From assembly GCA_051294375.1 (NCBI GenBank), contig CM119270.1, positions 13,740,036-13,804,035 on the forward strand: a DNA stretch of 64,000 bases, read 5' to 3'. This document shows, piece by piece, positions 1 to 33,100 of the stretch. This stretch comes from Paraspadella gotoi (lineage: Eukaryota; Animalia; Chaetognatha). The notes below the pieces were generated by a model. It was not told the origin of the DNA. It saw only the letters and a list, made by a program, of their open reading frames with translations, and searched no databases. The stretch's first letter is position 1; each line of letters opens with the position of its first letter. A program made the position numbers and the translations under genes.

Positions 1-319
1 TCGATTTTCTGTCATTCCCTTATAATACCAAAATCTGCATCGACCAGTTCGCCAGTGAAGTCCACGAGAATCGCATTCGGTCAGGAGCCGCGCGACCACG
101 TTTTTCATCTTTTCCATCTGCATGTCTGAAAAATTTTCTCTCGCTATCTCTCTTTCTCTCTCCCTCTCTAGCTCTCGCTCTCTCTCATGTCTCTCTCTCT
201 CTTTTTCTCCTCCCTCCCCCCTTTTCCCTGTCCTTTCTTTTTTTGCATTACTACAAAACCACTCTCTTCCTACTCATCCTCCTTGCTACTCTGAGTAACT
301 ATCCTCTCCTCATCGTTGG

Positions 320-441
<122 letters not shown>

Positions 442-1000
442 CGCGCGGGTCTCATGTTGAAGCCTGAAAAGTGCAAAGCAGCTCCTCTCTCTTTCTGCAC
501 CGTCTTTCCTCTTCCCTCGCTCCTCGCTCTCAAATCTCGTTCTCCGCTTGCATCCTTCTCCCCTTAGATTTCTTTGTTCATTTTCTTCTTCCCTTCGCTC
601 TTCCTCTTCCTCTAGCCACAAGCCGACCGCTCTCCTCCTCCCTAAAAAGTCGTCTAAAAATGGCGCAGCTGCCATGAGAAGCTGTAAGCTTTGGCCCTCT
701 AAGACAGCACCGGTGTATAATTGGCAACCATGGACGGATTTTCGAGACGCGGCTACCACAGCATATCTCTCTCTCCCTCTCCCTCTTTCTCTCTCCGTCG
801 CTCTCGCACTCTCTTTCTTATAAAGTGCCACGGGACAGGGCGACGGTCCGCGTGTGCGTCCCCGTAACAGGACTTCTCTCTATTGGAACAACGAAAACGT
901 ACGCAAAATGCCATTATTTTTTGTATCGCCCTCGATTTTCTAGTCGCGACGCGGAAATAATCCAAGATTTCTTTTTCCATGTCGCCTCCATCTCTGCTCA

Positions 1001-1126
<126 letters not shown>

Positions 1127-3272
1127 AACAGCATCACGTATTGACGGAACGGGATATTGAGGAATTGAGACATACTCAATATTTCTATTTTGTTTTCGTC
1201 TCCGCATTTAACTTTCAATACTGCACGATGCTGCGACATCCATCCACGCTGTTTCTTCGCCGTGGTCGCCATCGGGTTGTTTTTTTCCACCGGACGCGCT
1301 TCGATAAAACCTCGTGATGGCAAGAGGCGCGGGATGTTCGCGAGACTGGGTCGTCCGCGTTTCCGTCGATACTCGATGCTAAACGAAGAAACGGACATTT
1401 TTAACTTTTCCAGGCCCGCTTGGCCTCTTTTCAATGGATTAAATAGAAGAACAAGTTGGAAAATTAACTACTTCGTTATATATTACGATTTTCTTGATCG
1501 CTGATTCCTAATAAGATTTTTTTTGACGTATATAATTTAGTAACTCTTCCCTGACTATACTGTAGGCACAACTGTAAAAAAAACGGAGGTCCGCCATCAA
1601 CTCGAAACGGGATTGAAAGAATGTGACGGGACGGGACGGGTTAAAAATCGTGTATGCGGAACGTCGGAACAGTTGTTCCTCGATAGGCAGGAGTTTGTAA
1701 TTTAAAGTCAGTTAAAGTCAGTTGTTGATAGAAACAGGTTTCAATTTCTAAGTTCGCGTAAATTTGGAAAAATAAACTAATTATATCATTATTAGGCTAA
1801 CATATTAGCCGAAACATGTTCGATTTTCTCCTTTAAAATAAAAACAAATTCGTTGTCTGTTAACAAAATAATAAATTTCGCTTAATTCTAACAAATCTGT
1901 GGTTATGTTCGATCCGCCGTTTTAAGCTAAGTTCATTTAGATTTCTCAGAATATCCCCTTGCTTTAATTTCAGGTCGACCAAAAAATATACGCTGCCACA
2001 GAAAAACCATAGACAGACGACAAAGAACGAAGACGAGGGAAAATCCATTGGACGAACTCTCTCTGGAAGAAACGATGATGTCCAAACGCTGGACGGAGCC
2101 AAGCTCGAAACTGCAAAAGAAAAAACAAAAACACGAACGAATGTCATAAGAAAAACCCAAGGATTAATTTAATATAAAATTAAAAAAGTCGGAAAGGGGG
2201 CAATGCTCCGCCGCGCCCCTGTAGAACGCCGTCGTCGGGGGAGGCGCATGTGTCGATACACCGGCAGCTCTTGAAGGGCACGCCCTATAAGTCTTCGGAA
2301 CCTCCCAACGACCCATTAAATAAAAAACAAGAAAAAAAACAAAAAAACAAAATAGTAAATAAAGGAGAAAGACTCCGTTAATGGGAACCTCTCGAAGCCA
2401 GATCGCGACCACCGCCACCTCCGAAAAATAAACCACGCTTTTTTTGTTGATATTTTATTTTTGTTATTTATTTTATTTTTCCTTTATTAATTCAAAAGGT
2501 TGGAAGAAAATTGCGCGCTTTTAATTATATTAAAGGTTAGTATGTGTTGTCAAAACCGATTTAAATACTAAAATGTGCTAAAATATTATGGTCAAAAAAC
2601 TCAAAATAAGGGGAGTGGTCACAAAATATCGTAACATTTGTATAAAAATACAGATGCAAGGGTTTTCAAGAAGCGGGGAAAAAATTATAACGTTATTGCA
2701 ACGGGAGGAATGCCTGTGATACCCGGGGCGCGGGGTATCTCACCAACTGGCGTAGGGGCTGCGGACCCTCATGACCGCCTCCTGTCACTGGCATGTTTAC
2801 AAATAAATATAATAAGGTCATTTAAAAATCTACTCTTTCGAATCATAAGTCAAAATCATTCAGCTGAATTCGTTGAATATAATTTGAACGCAATACTTCC
2901 AACCTAATGAATCTGATTTCATGCAAAAAACAAAGAACACCCAAGTGAAAAGAGATTTAAGGTGATTTTCGCTCAATTTCTCAATTTTATCGAGAAAGAA
3001 ACAATATTTCTTTTGCGTTCAAAAAAACTAAAATTCCACCACGATCTCTTCGAAAACGGCATTGCGTTTTTTTTTACTTTATTTTCATTCACAAATACGA
3101 TTTTTAAATTGTATGACCGCGAACAAAACAGCAAAACCTGAACAAAAATAAACAAATGTTCCTCGAAGAGACACCTCCCGTTTTAATTTTTAAAAGCTAG
3201 AGACACCCTCTTTTTTCCACGCGTTCTCCGGTTGTCTTAAAAGCGCTCCGCCTCTCTACTCTCTCTCTCTCT

Positions 3273-3346
<74 letters not shown>

Positions 3347-3412
3347 CCGCCTCCCCCTTCTCTCCTATCCCTTTTACCTCAGCGGTCTCCCTCAACTCCG
3401 CCGCTTTCTCCG

Positions 3413-3559
3413 ATGTCGACGAACTGGGCGTACAGCGCCGCGGCTGCGGCCATGTCCCACCACTACCACCAAAACAACCATCATCATCATCACCATCACC
3501 CCTTGCCCGCGCATATGGGGAGCGCCTCCATGCCCCCGCCCCCGCGCACGCGGCGGTGA
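3413..3559 (+). promoter_or_regulatory. Upstream ORF (48 aa, His-rich) in frame with the eIF4G ATG at 3638
   Basis: ATG 3413 MSTNWAYSAAAAAMSHHYHQNNHHHHHHHPLPAHMGSASMPPPPRTRR, TGA at 3557; 3638-3413=225 (in frame); splice acceptor ttttacctcag ends at 3382. Confidence 0.5.
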
Positions 3560-3637
3560 CGCAGCATCAGCACGTCTTGCGACTTCCGCCGCCGACCCGA
3601 CCGCGCGCTGCTGCAGGACGCGCTGAGGCTGCGGCCC

Positions 3638-22691
<19,054 letters not shown>

Positions 22692-24851
22692 CCCCTCTTG
22701 CCCGACGATCCCAACTCACCCACCTTTCCCCTCTTGCCCGACGATCCACCCAACTCACCACCCTTACCCCCCCATTACACCCCACTCTTCGCCCGTCGAA
22801 CTGACCTTTCCCTTTCTTCCACTACCTTTTTTTCCCCCCGCATCCGACATGCTCCAAACCCCCCCCCCCCCCAAAAAAAAGGAAAACCCTCTCACTTTTC
22901 CCTCTTTGCCCTCCTCCCCCCCCTTCTCACAGCACACTCTGCATTCCCCCCACCCATCTTCACGATCACCCCGCTCTCCCGTTTCTTAAAAAAAAAAACA
23001 AAAACTGAAAATGAAATTATTGTGCATTAACGAATTAAAAAAAAAAAACCGAGAAAACTTTTAATTATTAATCCGCCTTCGAAAATTGACGTAGACCCCC
23101 CCCTTCGGCCACCCCCGCCCTGCCCATTCCCATCCCTTTCCCTTCACGTTCTTTCCATCCCCCCCTTCTTTCTTCGTTCTACTTCCCCCCCCCCGCTTAT
23201 TCCAAGATGGCGGATGAAAGCGATTATGGGGAGAAAATCCGATTTCTCGAATGGGGGAGAAAAATGGGATAAGGGATGAAAAGGAGCGAGCCGGCGTCTT
23301 CATTTTAACCCCTTCCCCCCTTCCCCCCCCCTTCCCCATTCCTTTACTCCTTTCCCTTTGCCTCTCTCCCTCCGTGCCCCCCTTTTTACCCGCTATGTGG
23401 TGATGATAACGACGGACGAAGGCGATAACGACTACTCGTCTTGTCGTCGTCGTCGCCGTCGTTCTCTTCCTAATTTCCCGCCAATCATGCCCCACTCCGC
23501 CCCCCTACGCCACTCTTTGACGATTGCGCTTTTGTTTTACTGTTATTTCTTTCTCTCTCGCTCTCTCTCTCTCGCTAAGTTAGGTAACAAAACAAAACGA
23601 AACAATAACAACAATAACGAAATGATTGATATTATTGATTTCATTGATTCGGAAGGAGATTCGCTCAATCGAGTTTCGCGACCCTGATTCGTTTTCGCAT
23701 CCGTTCGTTTGTTTATTTTTAGGCTTCATTATTATTATTCTATTAATTCTTTATTAACACTATATTAATATTATAAATTTCTTAATATGATAAAATAGGA
23801 TTATTTTCAGTAAACAAAAAAAAAAGACAAAAAACGAACCGCGTATCGCGCCAATGGGTCACGTGGCGTAAACAAACAAAAAAGGGCGGGAAAGAGTAAA
23901 TCACGTCGAGGATCTTTGCCTTTTTTTTTATTAGAGAGACAGTAAATATTAGTTTTAAAAAGATTGTTTCTTTTTTCTTTTTTTCCTTTTTTTTTATTTT
24001 ACGAACGGCTTTTTCGTGAAAAAGAGACTCTATAAGTTCAAATACGGTCTTGCCTCTGTGCCACTTTGGAAACATGAGATATTCTGTCTCCTGGGCAAAT
24101 CACTGTGGAAACTTGCGGAAAACTGTAATAGGAAACAATTTTGTTTTTCTCTCTTTCTCTCTCTCATCGCGCGAATCGTTTTGTCGTTCCCAGTGAGTGA
24201 TGCGGTATGATATATAACTATGGTTGTAGTATTAATAAATCACGCATTGCGGTCGCCATAACTGAATCTATAGCTAATAATTTCAGCTGCCGTTTTATTC
24301 TTAAGCTTATTGTTGTTGCAGTTTGACATTACTTGCCTACTCGCGATTATGTTCGAAACATGGTTAATCTTTTTAGACTAAAATTATTTTTTTCGTGTTT
24401 TGCTTTCTCAATCGAATAATTATTTTTCAGAAAGATATAATGAAATTGCTTTGTTCCCCCGAGATCGTGTTTGAACCTTTGGAGTTTCGTCATTGATTAC
24501 TACTTTCTCTCTAGTGTAATTTATTTCATTTCTAGTTTCAATAAAAAGATTACACGACAATGACTCGAGTTTTCTGCGTAAAGCGTTGAACTATGAAAAA
24601 GATAAGTTAGCAAAATTATTGATGATTTTCATACCAGCCTAAGATGCGTTACTAGGGAGATGTTAAGTGTTAAGTGGGCGATTTTATTTTTTTGCGTCCG
24701 ATTCGACGTGGGCAGCTTAAAGGGAAGACTTAAATTTCATTCACTCTAATTCGCGACCTCAATTCAAAAGTAATATATTGATTGAAAGCTTGCAGGGACC
24801 TGCTATGTCATTATCTTGTAAGAGTGATGGGGACCTTAAACCACCAAAGCC

Positions 24852-24927
24852 TGTCCAAAGTCAGGGGCAAGATAGCTTATTTATTAAATGAATGGATAAT
24901 TTTTATATTGGTTGTACCAATTTCATA
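24852..24927 (+). repeat. Short dispersed AT-rich repeat (~70 bp)
   Basis: AGTCAGGGGCAAGATAGCTTATTTATTAAATGAATGGATAATTTTTATATTGGTTGTACCAATTTCATA; diverged copies at ~25860-25927, ~51199-51275, ~47836-47867 (partial) and ~62055-62133 (minus strand). Confidence 0.75.
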
Positions 24928-26882
24928 GTAATGTGGACCAAAATTCTGTCAGATTCGAGGCAGAGCCGAAGAGCAAGATTTGTAAAGATCAAAAAGGCTT
25001 TGTTGTTTTTCTGTTTTTTTTTTTTAACTATTGACTAAAAGTGATATAAGCAATCGGTATATTGAATAATGTTTTCTTTCCATTTCTTTCTTATCTCAAG
25101 TTTCCCAAATTCGCGATCGGGAGTCGCGTCGACGGATAATTTGAAGAAAAGGAGTTTGCCGAAGGCGATCTGGATTATTTTAAATAACGTTTGATTTGGA
25201 ATTTTTTAGAATCTTCAGTTTCATCGTAGAAATGTGCGACGTTGTACGTTTTTACGTCGTTTTAAAACTTTTTATATTCGTTTATAATCTGTTATAAACT
25301 TGACTGTTTTAATTCTTCGTCGACTGCATTTAAATTTGAATGTAAATAAACATTTTTAAAACGCATTGAATTCTTAATCGTCGTCTACAAAAGTCAGCCA
25401 AATAAACAATAAGTCCGTGGCAGCTCAAACACACTCACTAACCGTATTTAGGAACCATATTCTAAAAATCTTGTCAGCTTTATTGTTATTTTTTTAATTT
25501 TTTTCCTCTTTATTTAATATATATGTTAATATAAAACTGCATTTTTTGAGTGTATCTGTTACTCTTTTGTATGTACTGTTTCAACTAATTGTTTTAAACG
25601 AAAAAATATATATATATTTAGCTGTAATTGTAATGACAAGCGAAGAATAAACAATTAAACTTCAAATTCTTTAGTTTCTAAACATTTTGTTCACTTAACT
25701 TTATTAAGTTTATTAATATTATATTTAGAACTTCCAGTATATTAAATATTACGTTTCGATGCCTTTTTTTTTATAACGACTTCCCATTCTTTGCCCCCTC
25801 TCTCGAAGTGAAGGAAAAGGTACGGGTTTTTCAACAAAAGTCTAAATACCATGACAAACAGTCAGGGGCAAGATAACTTATTTATTAAATGAATAGATAA
25901 TTTTTATATTGATTGTACCAATTTTATGCATTTTATTCTTATTGCCGATTTAGCGCGTTGCCCGAAAGAATTTTAAAAACTAATGAGTCGTCGATATTTA
26001 TGATAAAATTCTTGATTTTTTTTCCCTTGATACATATCCATTTCAATTTCGTGAATTTTACACAACCTTTATTTATAGTTAATATCTATAGTTAATTTTA
26101 CAGTCCTAAATTCGCGCTGCAGTAGAACTTGCATTTTGCAAATGCAGTTTGCAGTTTCATTATCATTAATGATAATTAATATAATTAATATATAATTAAT
26201 ATCTTTTTTTAATTTAATCGTTTCGAAAAAAAGCCTCATTTCCAAATAATTTAATAAAGTTTTCGATAAAGCATTATTAATAGCAAAATATTCGGTACAA
26301 AGTATATCCTCATGTTTGGATACTATGAAAGGCATTTTTTAGCTTTTATTCAAAACCCAATTAACACGAGGTAATTACGCTCGTCTTTTAAGACGGAAGT
26401 AAATAATCTTTTTTTTTTTGACAACATTTTGAAAGGTAGAATTATTAAAAATTTATCATCAAATTCTATCAGTTAATTCATGCATACTCCTTTAAAAAAT
26501 AACGCGTGAGAAGAAATAAAATGAATCGGATGAACAAGAAAATGAACGAATTCTTCAAGCGTGGATATGCGTCCTTTCATCAAATTTAAATTATTATTAT
26601 TATTGTTACCTGATCGTTATATGTTTACAGTTATTGAATTCGTTTGCGTTAAATTTTTGTATTAGTTTTATTTTTCAGATACATGATTTTCCATCATTTT
26701 ATCATTTTATAATTTAAATCGTTTGAAAGTAAATTTACTAAAAGCTCAAGCGGTTCTGCTACGAAAATGTCTGGACGCATCGAGAAAAAGTCGTCTGTTG
26801 ACGATTTGAAGAAGATTTTTGTGAGGAATCGAAGCGAAGACGTTCCCAGGAGACGCGCTCGTGCATGACGATCGAGCGCTGA

Positions 26883-26915
<33 letters not shown>

Positions 26916-26939
26916 GATGAGCAGAGAGAAGAGAGAGAG

Positions 26940-26978
<39 letters not shown>

Positions 26979-27155
26979 CGGACGGATGTGGGAGCGTGTT
27001 GTTGTGACAAAGACGTATGCGAAGATCGAGCTATTTTAGACGATGATAGTATTTCTAAAGCCCTGATTCGTCGATTAAGATTTCACTATTAATTACATTG
27101 TTCCCAGGTATTTTTACAGGGCAACATAATCGGTTCTGCGAAAGTAAAAAAAAAA

Positions 27156-30100
27156 TCAGCCCACTATGGACGAGAACGAGATTCCAATTGGGCCCGGGCG
27201 GCCGCGCGGGCAGTTGTGATCCGCGTGGCAGTTCCGGCGGTGTGGCGCTACCGATCAGCAGCAGGCAGCACCAGCCCCACTTCAGCCAAACAACCAGCAA
27301 CAGGGCGATCGATCTTCCCCGGGGATTCCCGGCCAACCCGAGTCCAGGCGTGTGTCGAGCGGGGAGTTCGGGCAGGCCGCTCTGTCGATGGCGCCGCCGC
27401 GGGTCTTTCTCGCCGGCGCCGCCTTCGGTCGACCGGAGCTCGTCTCGGTCCAAACGTCTCAATTCTCTCACTCTTCGGATCCTGCTCTCGCGGACGTCCG
27501 TCCCCGACGCCCAGGGTGGCGGGTTACGGGCGCAGCGGGAAGCGGCGGCGCCGGACTGCCACCTCATGGTGGCGGCAAGCGGCGCAACGCGATTGCGCTC
27601 GCACGGGAAGCGGGGATCAATCCGCGCGATGGAAGCCGAAGAGAGGATAGGACTTCTCCTCGGCCGGCCGTGAATTCACACGGGCGGTTTCACTACCAAC
27701 GCCCTCCGCCCATGACCCTCGCCAGCTACGCGCGGCGGAGGCGGCGGCCGTCAGGCTCTCGACCCAACAGCAATCCAGTTCTCGGCCCAACTCTCGTTCG
27801 CCTCAGAGAAGGGCGGTCGGTCGGAATTCCCGACCGAAATCCGAAAGGAACGCGCAGATCCGGCGCGCGGAGCGCGTTCGCTCGCGATTGTTCGGCGTCA
27901 AAGGTTGCCTGCGTTGATTCGTCTATCATCGGCTGCGCTGTCGGCCGTCTGTCCGGTATCCGTGACGTGGCGAGTCGGCGTCCACGGACGCGGCCACACG
28001 CACGATCGACGTTCGACGCCGCCTCGACGGAGCAAACGTCGGAGATAACGGTACGGAGGGGATTTGTGGGTACGAGTTTCTCACGGCGGCGGACATTGAA
28101 GGTGAGGTTGGGTCGTGACTCTCAGGGTGAAAAAGATCGAAGGGTGCGGAAGTGTTTCGTAAAGCCAAAGAAGAACATTTCTCAATGTATTGTCGAACTA
28201 TGATAGGTAAATATTAATTTTTGGTGATTAGAAAATAAACGTGCATCTCTTTGATTGGTTAATATTTTTCGCATATCAGTTTTTGACTATTAAATAAATT
28301 CCTAATGACAGCTAGTACATTTATCTTATAATGTTACTTGTGTTAATATAGAGAATTGTCTCTTATTACATTTTACATACCTCTCCACACTCATGACAGG
28401 GAGCCAATAATAAGAATAGATGAACGAATCAAAAGGAATTACAGAATCGCAAACGAATACTCATAAGAACGACGTATGATGATATCAAGACTATAAAATA
28501 CAGATAATAAAAGAATAATAAGAATATATATAAAAGAAAAATATTAAAATAAATAAACAGATAAATAATAGATATTAGTCTGTTAATGAAATTAATAAAT
28601 ATAAATACGACAATTATGCATATGTTATAGTCAATTAAATCCTACTAACAATATATAGATAATTAAGCATTTCAATATAATCTCCACAAAATACTGCCTC
28701 ATAATGATACGTACCAAAATAAATAAATTGGACTTGAAAATGATAATTAAATAAAATAATAATGGCAAAATGAGAATTAGTATTATTCTAAGAATCTACT
28801 CTATAACATGATTTCTCAATCCTTAGAATTGTACGACGGCAGTAAATTAAGTTTAATGTAAATCAATCATATAATAAAGAAGTTTTGAGAAGAAAAAAAA
28901 AGATAAGAAAAGAACAGGCGCGAAGCAGAAGAATAATATTGCTGCACATCTCTTGAAGGAAGCAATAGCATAGAGGATTCAAAGACCGGCGTCCATCATG
29001 CAATTTGGAAAGATATAAACAGGAAGAAGAGGATCTCGTAATCAGAACTTCCCGCAGGTGAAGATATCTCGTCGGGCAGAATTATTGTCAAATCGCGTAA
29101 GTTATAAATAATAAAACAAATAGAGAAAAATATAATTTAAATATATATACAGATTTGACATATCTGCGGTTTCAAATTGTTGGCCCGGTGGTTGACGGTT
29201 AGTAACAATTGACATCCCGGTTTCAGTCACTTCAAAGAATATCGCGCTCCTCGTCAAATGCAATGAATATAAGATATTGAATTGTAATTTGGATGAAATT
29301 GAGATGCACGCGAGAAGTAAAAATAATGAGATATGTATACAACCTAATCTGCTCACTCTATGCTAATCTTGGCTCGTGAAAAAAACGTAGATGGCAAGAT
29401 AATTTGGTAATTTATTTTACCGAAACTTTCTTCTGTTCGAGTAGACAAGATATCATGCGCAGTCGGATAAGAATGGCGAACGGCACCAAGAACGACAGGC
29501 GAATGGCGCAAGTATACGTCGCGAAGATTTATGGGAAAGAGCGGGACTCCGCGTGGAAGGAAAATTATTCGCCGGAAGACGAATAGAGTAGCAGGGAAAA
29601 CCTCAAAGACTTTGATGCCAAGCATGATACGGTTGAGAATTCGAGACGGCAGGACTTCGTCGTCGAGGCAGATTCGTTTGAGTCAGATGATAACAGGCTA
29701 GAAGAATTAGGTGAACGACTACGAGGTCGAACGGCACTCATGATTCGTGCATATTATGCTTATTTGTCGGTCCATCGTCGAATGCTGGACAGAAAAGAAT
29801 CGGCTCCGGCCCAATCCCGTTCTATAATAAATTTTGTTTATTAGGGCTGATTACCAAACAAAGTTGCTCAGGTCAATAGACCAATAAGTGCAACGCCATT
29901 AGTCATGGACCAGGTTCAGAACATTTAGGAGAAAATGATGAAGGATTTTCCAAAGACGACGAAATCGACAAAGTGGATCCAGTAGAGAATCATTTTTTTT
30001 GGAGTGAGAATTACGAAAATATAATGGCGAAATACGTACTTGATCTAAAAAAAAAAATGTTCGCAGGGATTCGTCGATAAGGACTCCCAAAAATTGGAAG

Positions 30101-33100
30101 AATTTATTCGTGCTTGGGATGACCGCGGTTGTTTCCAGGGCCATTTCGGTGATTTACAATTGATCTTTATTAATAGGCGCAAAAAAATTAAAGTTTAACA
30201 AAAAATAATATGGAAAACGAAACTATTTCACGTTCTCTTTTCAGGCGAAAGCACCAACACGCACTACGACGGTGAAGTGATCAACGTCCGTCAAGTTGCT
30301 TCACAAGTATTTGGCGAAGCGTGTATCGAACTCAGGCGCTCTATCCGCTCCAAGGGCTCTCCACTCTTTCAGCATCCCCGGTGCGAATGGTTTTTGGAAT
30401 TAAAGCGCTATGATAGTTTAGGCATAAGTAATAATATTGACTTTGTTCCGCCGGGGTTAATGGTAAAAATTAATTTTCGTGTTTATCCCATAAATAACGT
30501 CGCGCATTTTTCTCTTTTGCTAAAAAGGTCTCCTTCAACAAATATTCGACACGTTATAGACGAATGTCGACAGCTTTCACATGTGGCACAATCAGAAGAC
30601 CCCAACGAAACCGTAGGTGAGTAAAAGCAAAGCTACTCGCATTCATTTCAATTCAAATTTAAAAATAAAAAAATCAACGGTATCTATATATATATTTTTA
30701 ATTTAATTTCGCGATATATATTAATTTAATAATGCTATTATTCCCTCCCAGGCAAAGGTGTTGCTCTTAAGTCGTCGTTCAAATTTTTTCACGTGGTTGC
30801 GAGAAGCCGATGAGGAGGACGATGAGGAGGACGAATCGAATCAAGAATGACCCCTCTTGCGACGATCAATCACCCACCTTTCCCCTCTTGCCGCGATCCA
30901 CCAACTCACCCACTCACCCACCTTTCCCCCATCATCGCCCGTCGAACTGACCTTTCCCTTTCTTCCACTACCTTTTTTTCCCCCCGCATCCGACATGCTC
31001 CCAAACCCCCCACCCCCAAAAAAAGGAAACCTCTCACTTTTCCCTCTTTGCCCTCCTCCCCTTCTCACAGCACACTCTGCATTCCCCCCCACCATCTTCA
31101 CGAATCCACCCGCTCTCATCCGTTTCTTTAAAAAAACAACAAAAACTGAAAATGAAATTATTGTGCATTACACGAATTAAAAAAAACAACCGAGAAAACT
31201 TTCTAATTATTATCCGCCTTCGAATTGACGTAGACCCCCCCCTTCGGCCACCCCGCCTGCCCATTCCATCCCTTTCCTTCACGTTCTTTCCATCCCCCCC
31301 TTCTTTCCTCGTTTCTACTCCCCCCCCCGCTTTATTTACAAGATGCGGATGGAAAGCGATTATGGGAGAAAAATCCGATTTCTCGGAAATGGGGAGAAAA
31401 TGGATAAGGGATGAAAAGAGCGAGCCGGCGTCTTCATTTTAACCCCTTTCCCCCTTTTCCCCCCTTTCCCATTCCTTTACTCCTTTCCCTTTGCCTCTCT
31501 CCCATCCGTGCCCCCTTTTTTACCGCGCTATGTGGTGATTGATAACGACGACGAAGGCGATAAACGACTACTCGTCGTTGTACGTCGTCGTCGCCGTCGT
31601 TCTTTCCTAATCTCCGCCAATCATGCCCTCCGCCCCCCTACGCCACTTCTTTTGACGATTGCGCTTTTGTTTTACTGTTATTTCTTTCTCGTCTCGCTCT
31701 CTCTCCTCGCTAATAGTAACAAACAAACGAAACAATACAACAATATACCGAAATGATTGATATTATTGATTTTCATTGATTCGGAAGGAGATTCGCTCAA
31801 TCGAGTTTCGCGACCTGATACTTGATTCGTTTTCGCATTCCGTTCGTTTTGTTTATTTTTAGGCTCATTATTATTATTCTATTAATTCTTAACTTATTAA
31901 CTACTATAGTTAATATTATAAATTCTTATATGATAAAATAGGATTATTTTCAGTAACAAAAAAAAAGACAAAAAACGAACCGCGTATCGCGCCAATGGGT
32001 CACGTGGCGTAACATAACAAAGAAAGGGCGGGAAAGAGTAAAATCACGTCGAGGGATTCTTTGCCTTTTTTTATTAGAGAGACAGTAATATATTAGTTTT
32101 AAAAAGATTGTTCTTTTTGCTTTTTTTTTCTTTTTTATTTACGAACGGCTTTTCGTGAAAAAGAGACTCTATAGGTTCAAATACGGTCTTGCCTCTGTGC
32201 CACTTTGAAACATGAGATATCTGTCTCCTGGGCAAATCACTGTGGAAACTTGCGGAAAACTGTAATAGGAAACAATTTTGTTTTTCTCTCTTTCTCTCTC
32301 ATCATCGCGCGAATCGTTTTGTCGTCCCAGTGAGTGATGCGGTATGATATATAACTCTGGTAGTATTAATAAATCACGCATTGCGGTCGCCATAAACTGA
32401 ATCTATAGCTAATAATTTCAGCTGCCGTTATTTCTTAGCTTATTGTGTTGCAGTTTGACATTACTTTGCCTACTCGCGATTATGTTCGAAACATGGTTAA
32501 TCTTTTTAGACTAAAATATTTTTTTAGTGTTTTGCTTTCTCAATCGAATAATTATTTTCAGAAAGATATAATGAAATTGCTTTGTTCCGAGATCGTGTTT
32601 GAACCTTTGAGTTTCGTCATTGATTACTACTTTCTCTCTCTAGTGTAATTTATTTTCATTTCTAGTTTCATAAAAAGATTACACGACAATGATCGAGTTT
32701 TCTGCGTAAAGCGTTGAACTATGAAAAAGTAGTTAGCAAAATTATTGATGATTTCATACCGCTAAAGATGGCTTACTAGGAGATTAAGAGTTAAGTGAGC
32801 GATTTTATTTTTTGGCGTCTGATTCGACGTGGCAGCTTAAAGGAAGACTTAAATTTCATTCACTCTAATTCGCGACCTCAATTCAAAAGTAATATATTGA
32901 TTGAAGCTTGCAGGGACTGCTATGTCATTATCTTGTAAGAGTGATGGGGACCTTAAACCACCAAACCTGTCCAAAGTCAGGGCAAGATAGCTTATTTATT
33001 AAATGAATGGATAATTTTTTATATTGGTTGTACATTTCCATAGTATGTGGACCAAAATTCTGTCAGATTCGAGGCAGAGCGAGAGCAGATTTGTAAAGAT

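Noticed and set aside
22692-22989. Pro-rich C-terminal extension of eIF4G suggested by ORF 22600-22989
   Set aside because: It arises from a probable 1-nt deletion near 22670; the duplicate copy stops at ...ESNQE*.
27156-27200. Retrocopy origin of the duplicate, since it starts at an exon boundary
   Set aside because: All downstream introns and intergenic DNA are retained.
27352-28203. 283-aa ORF (and its twin at 36543-37394)
   Set aside because: A frameshifted mosaic of eIF4G exon 19238-20194 in the noisy copy, not a new protein.
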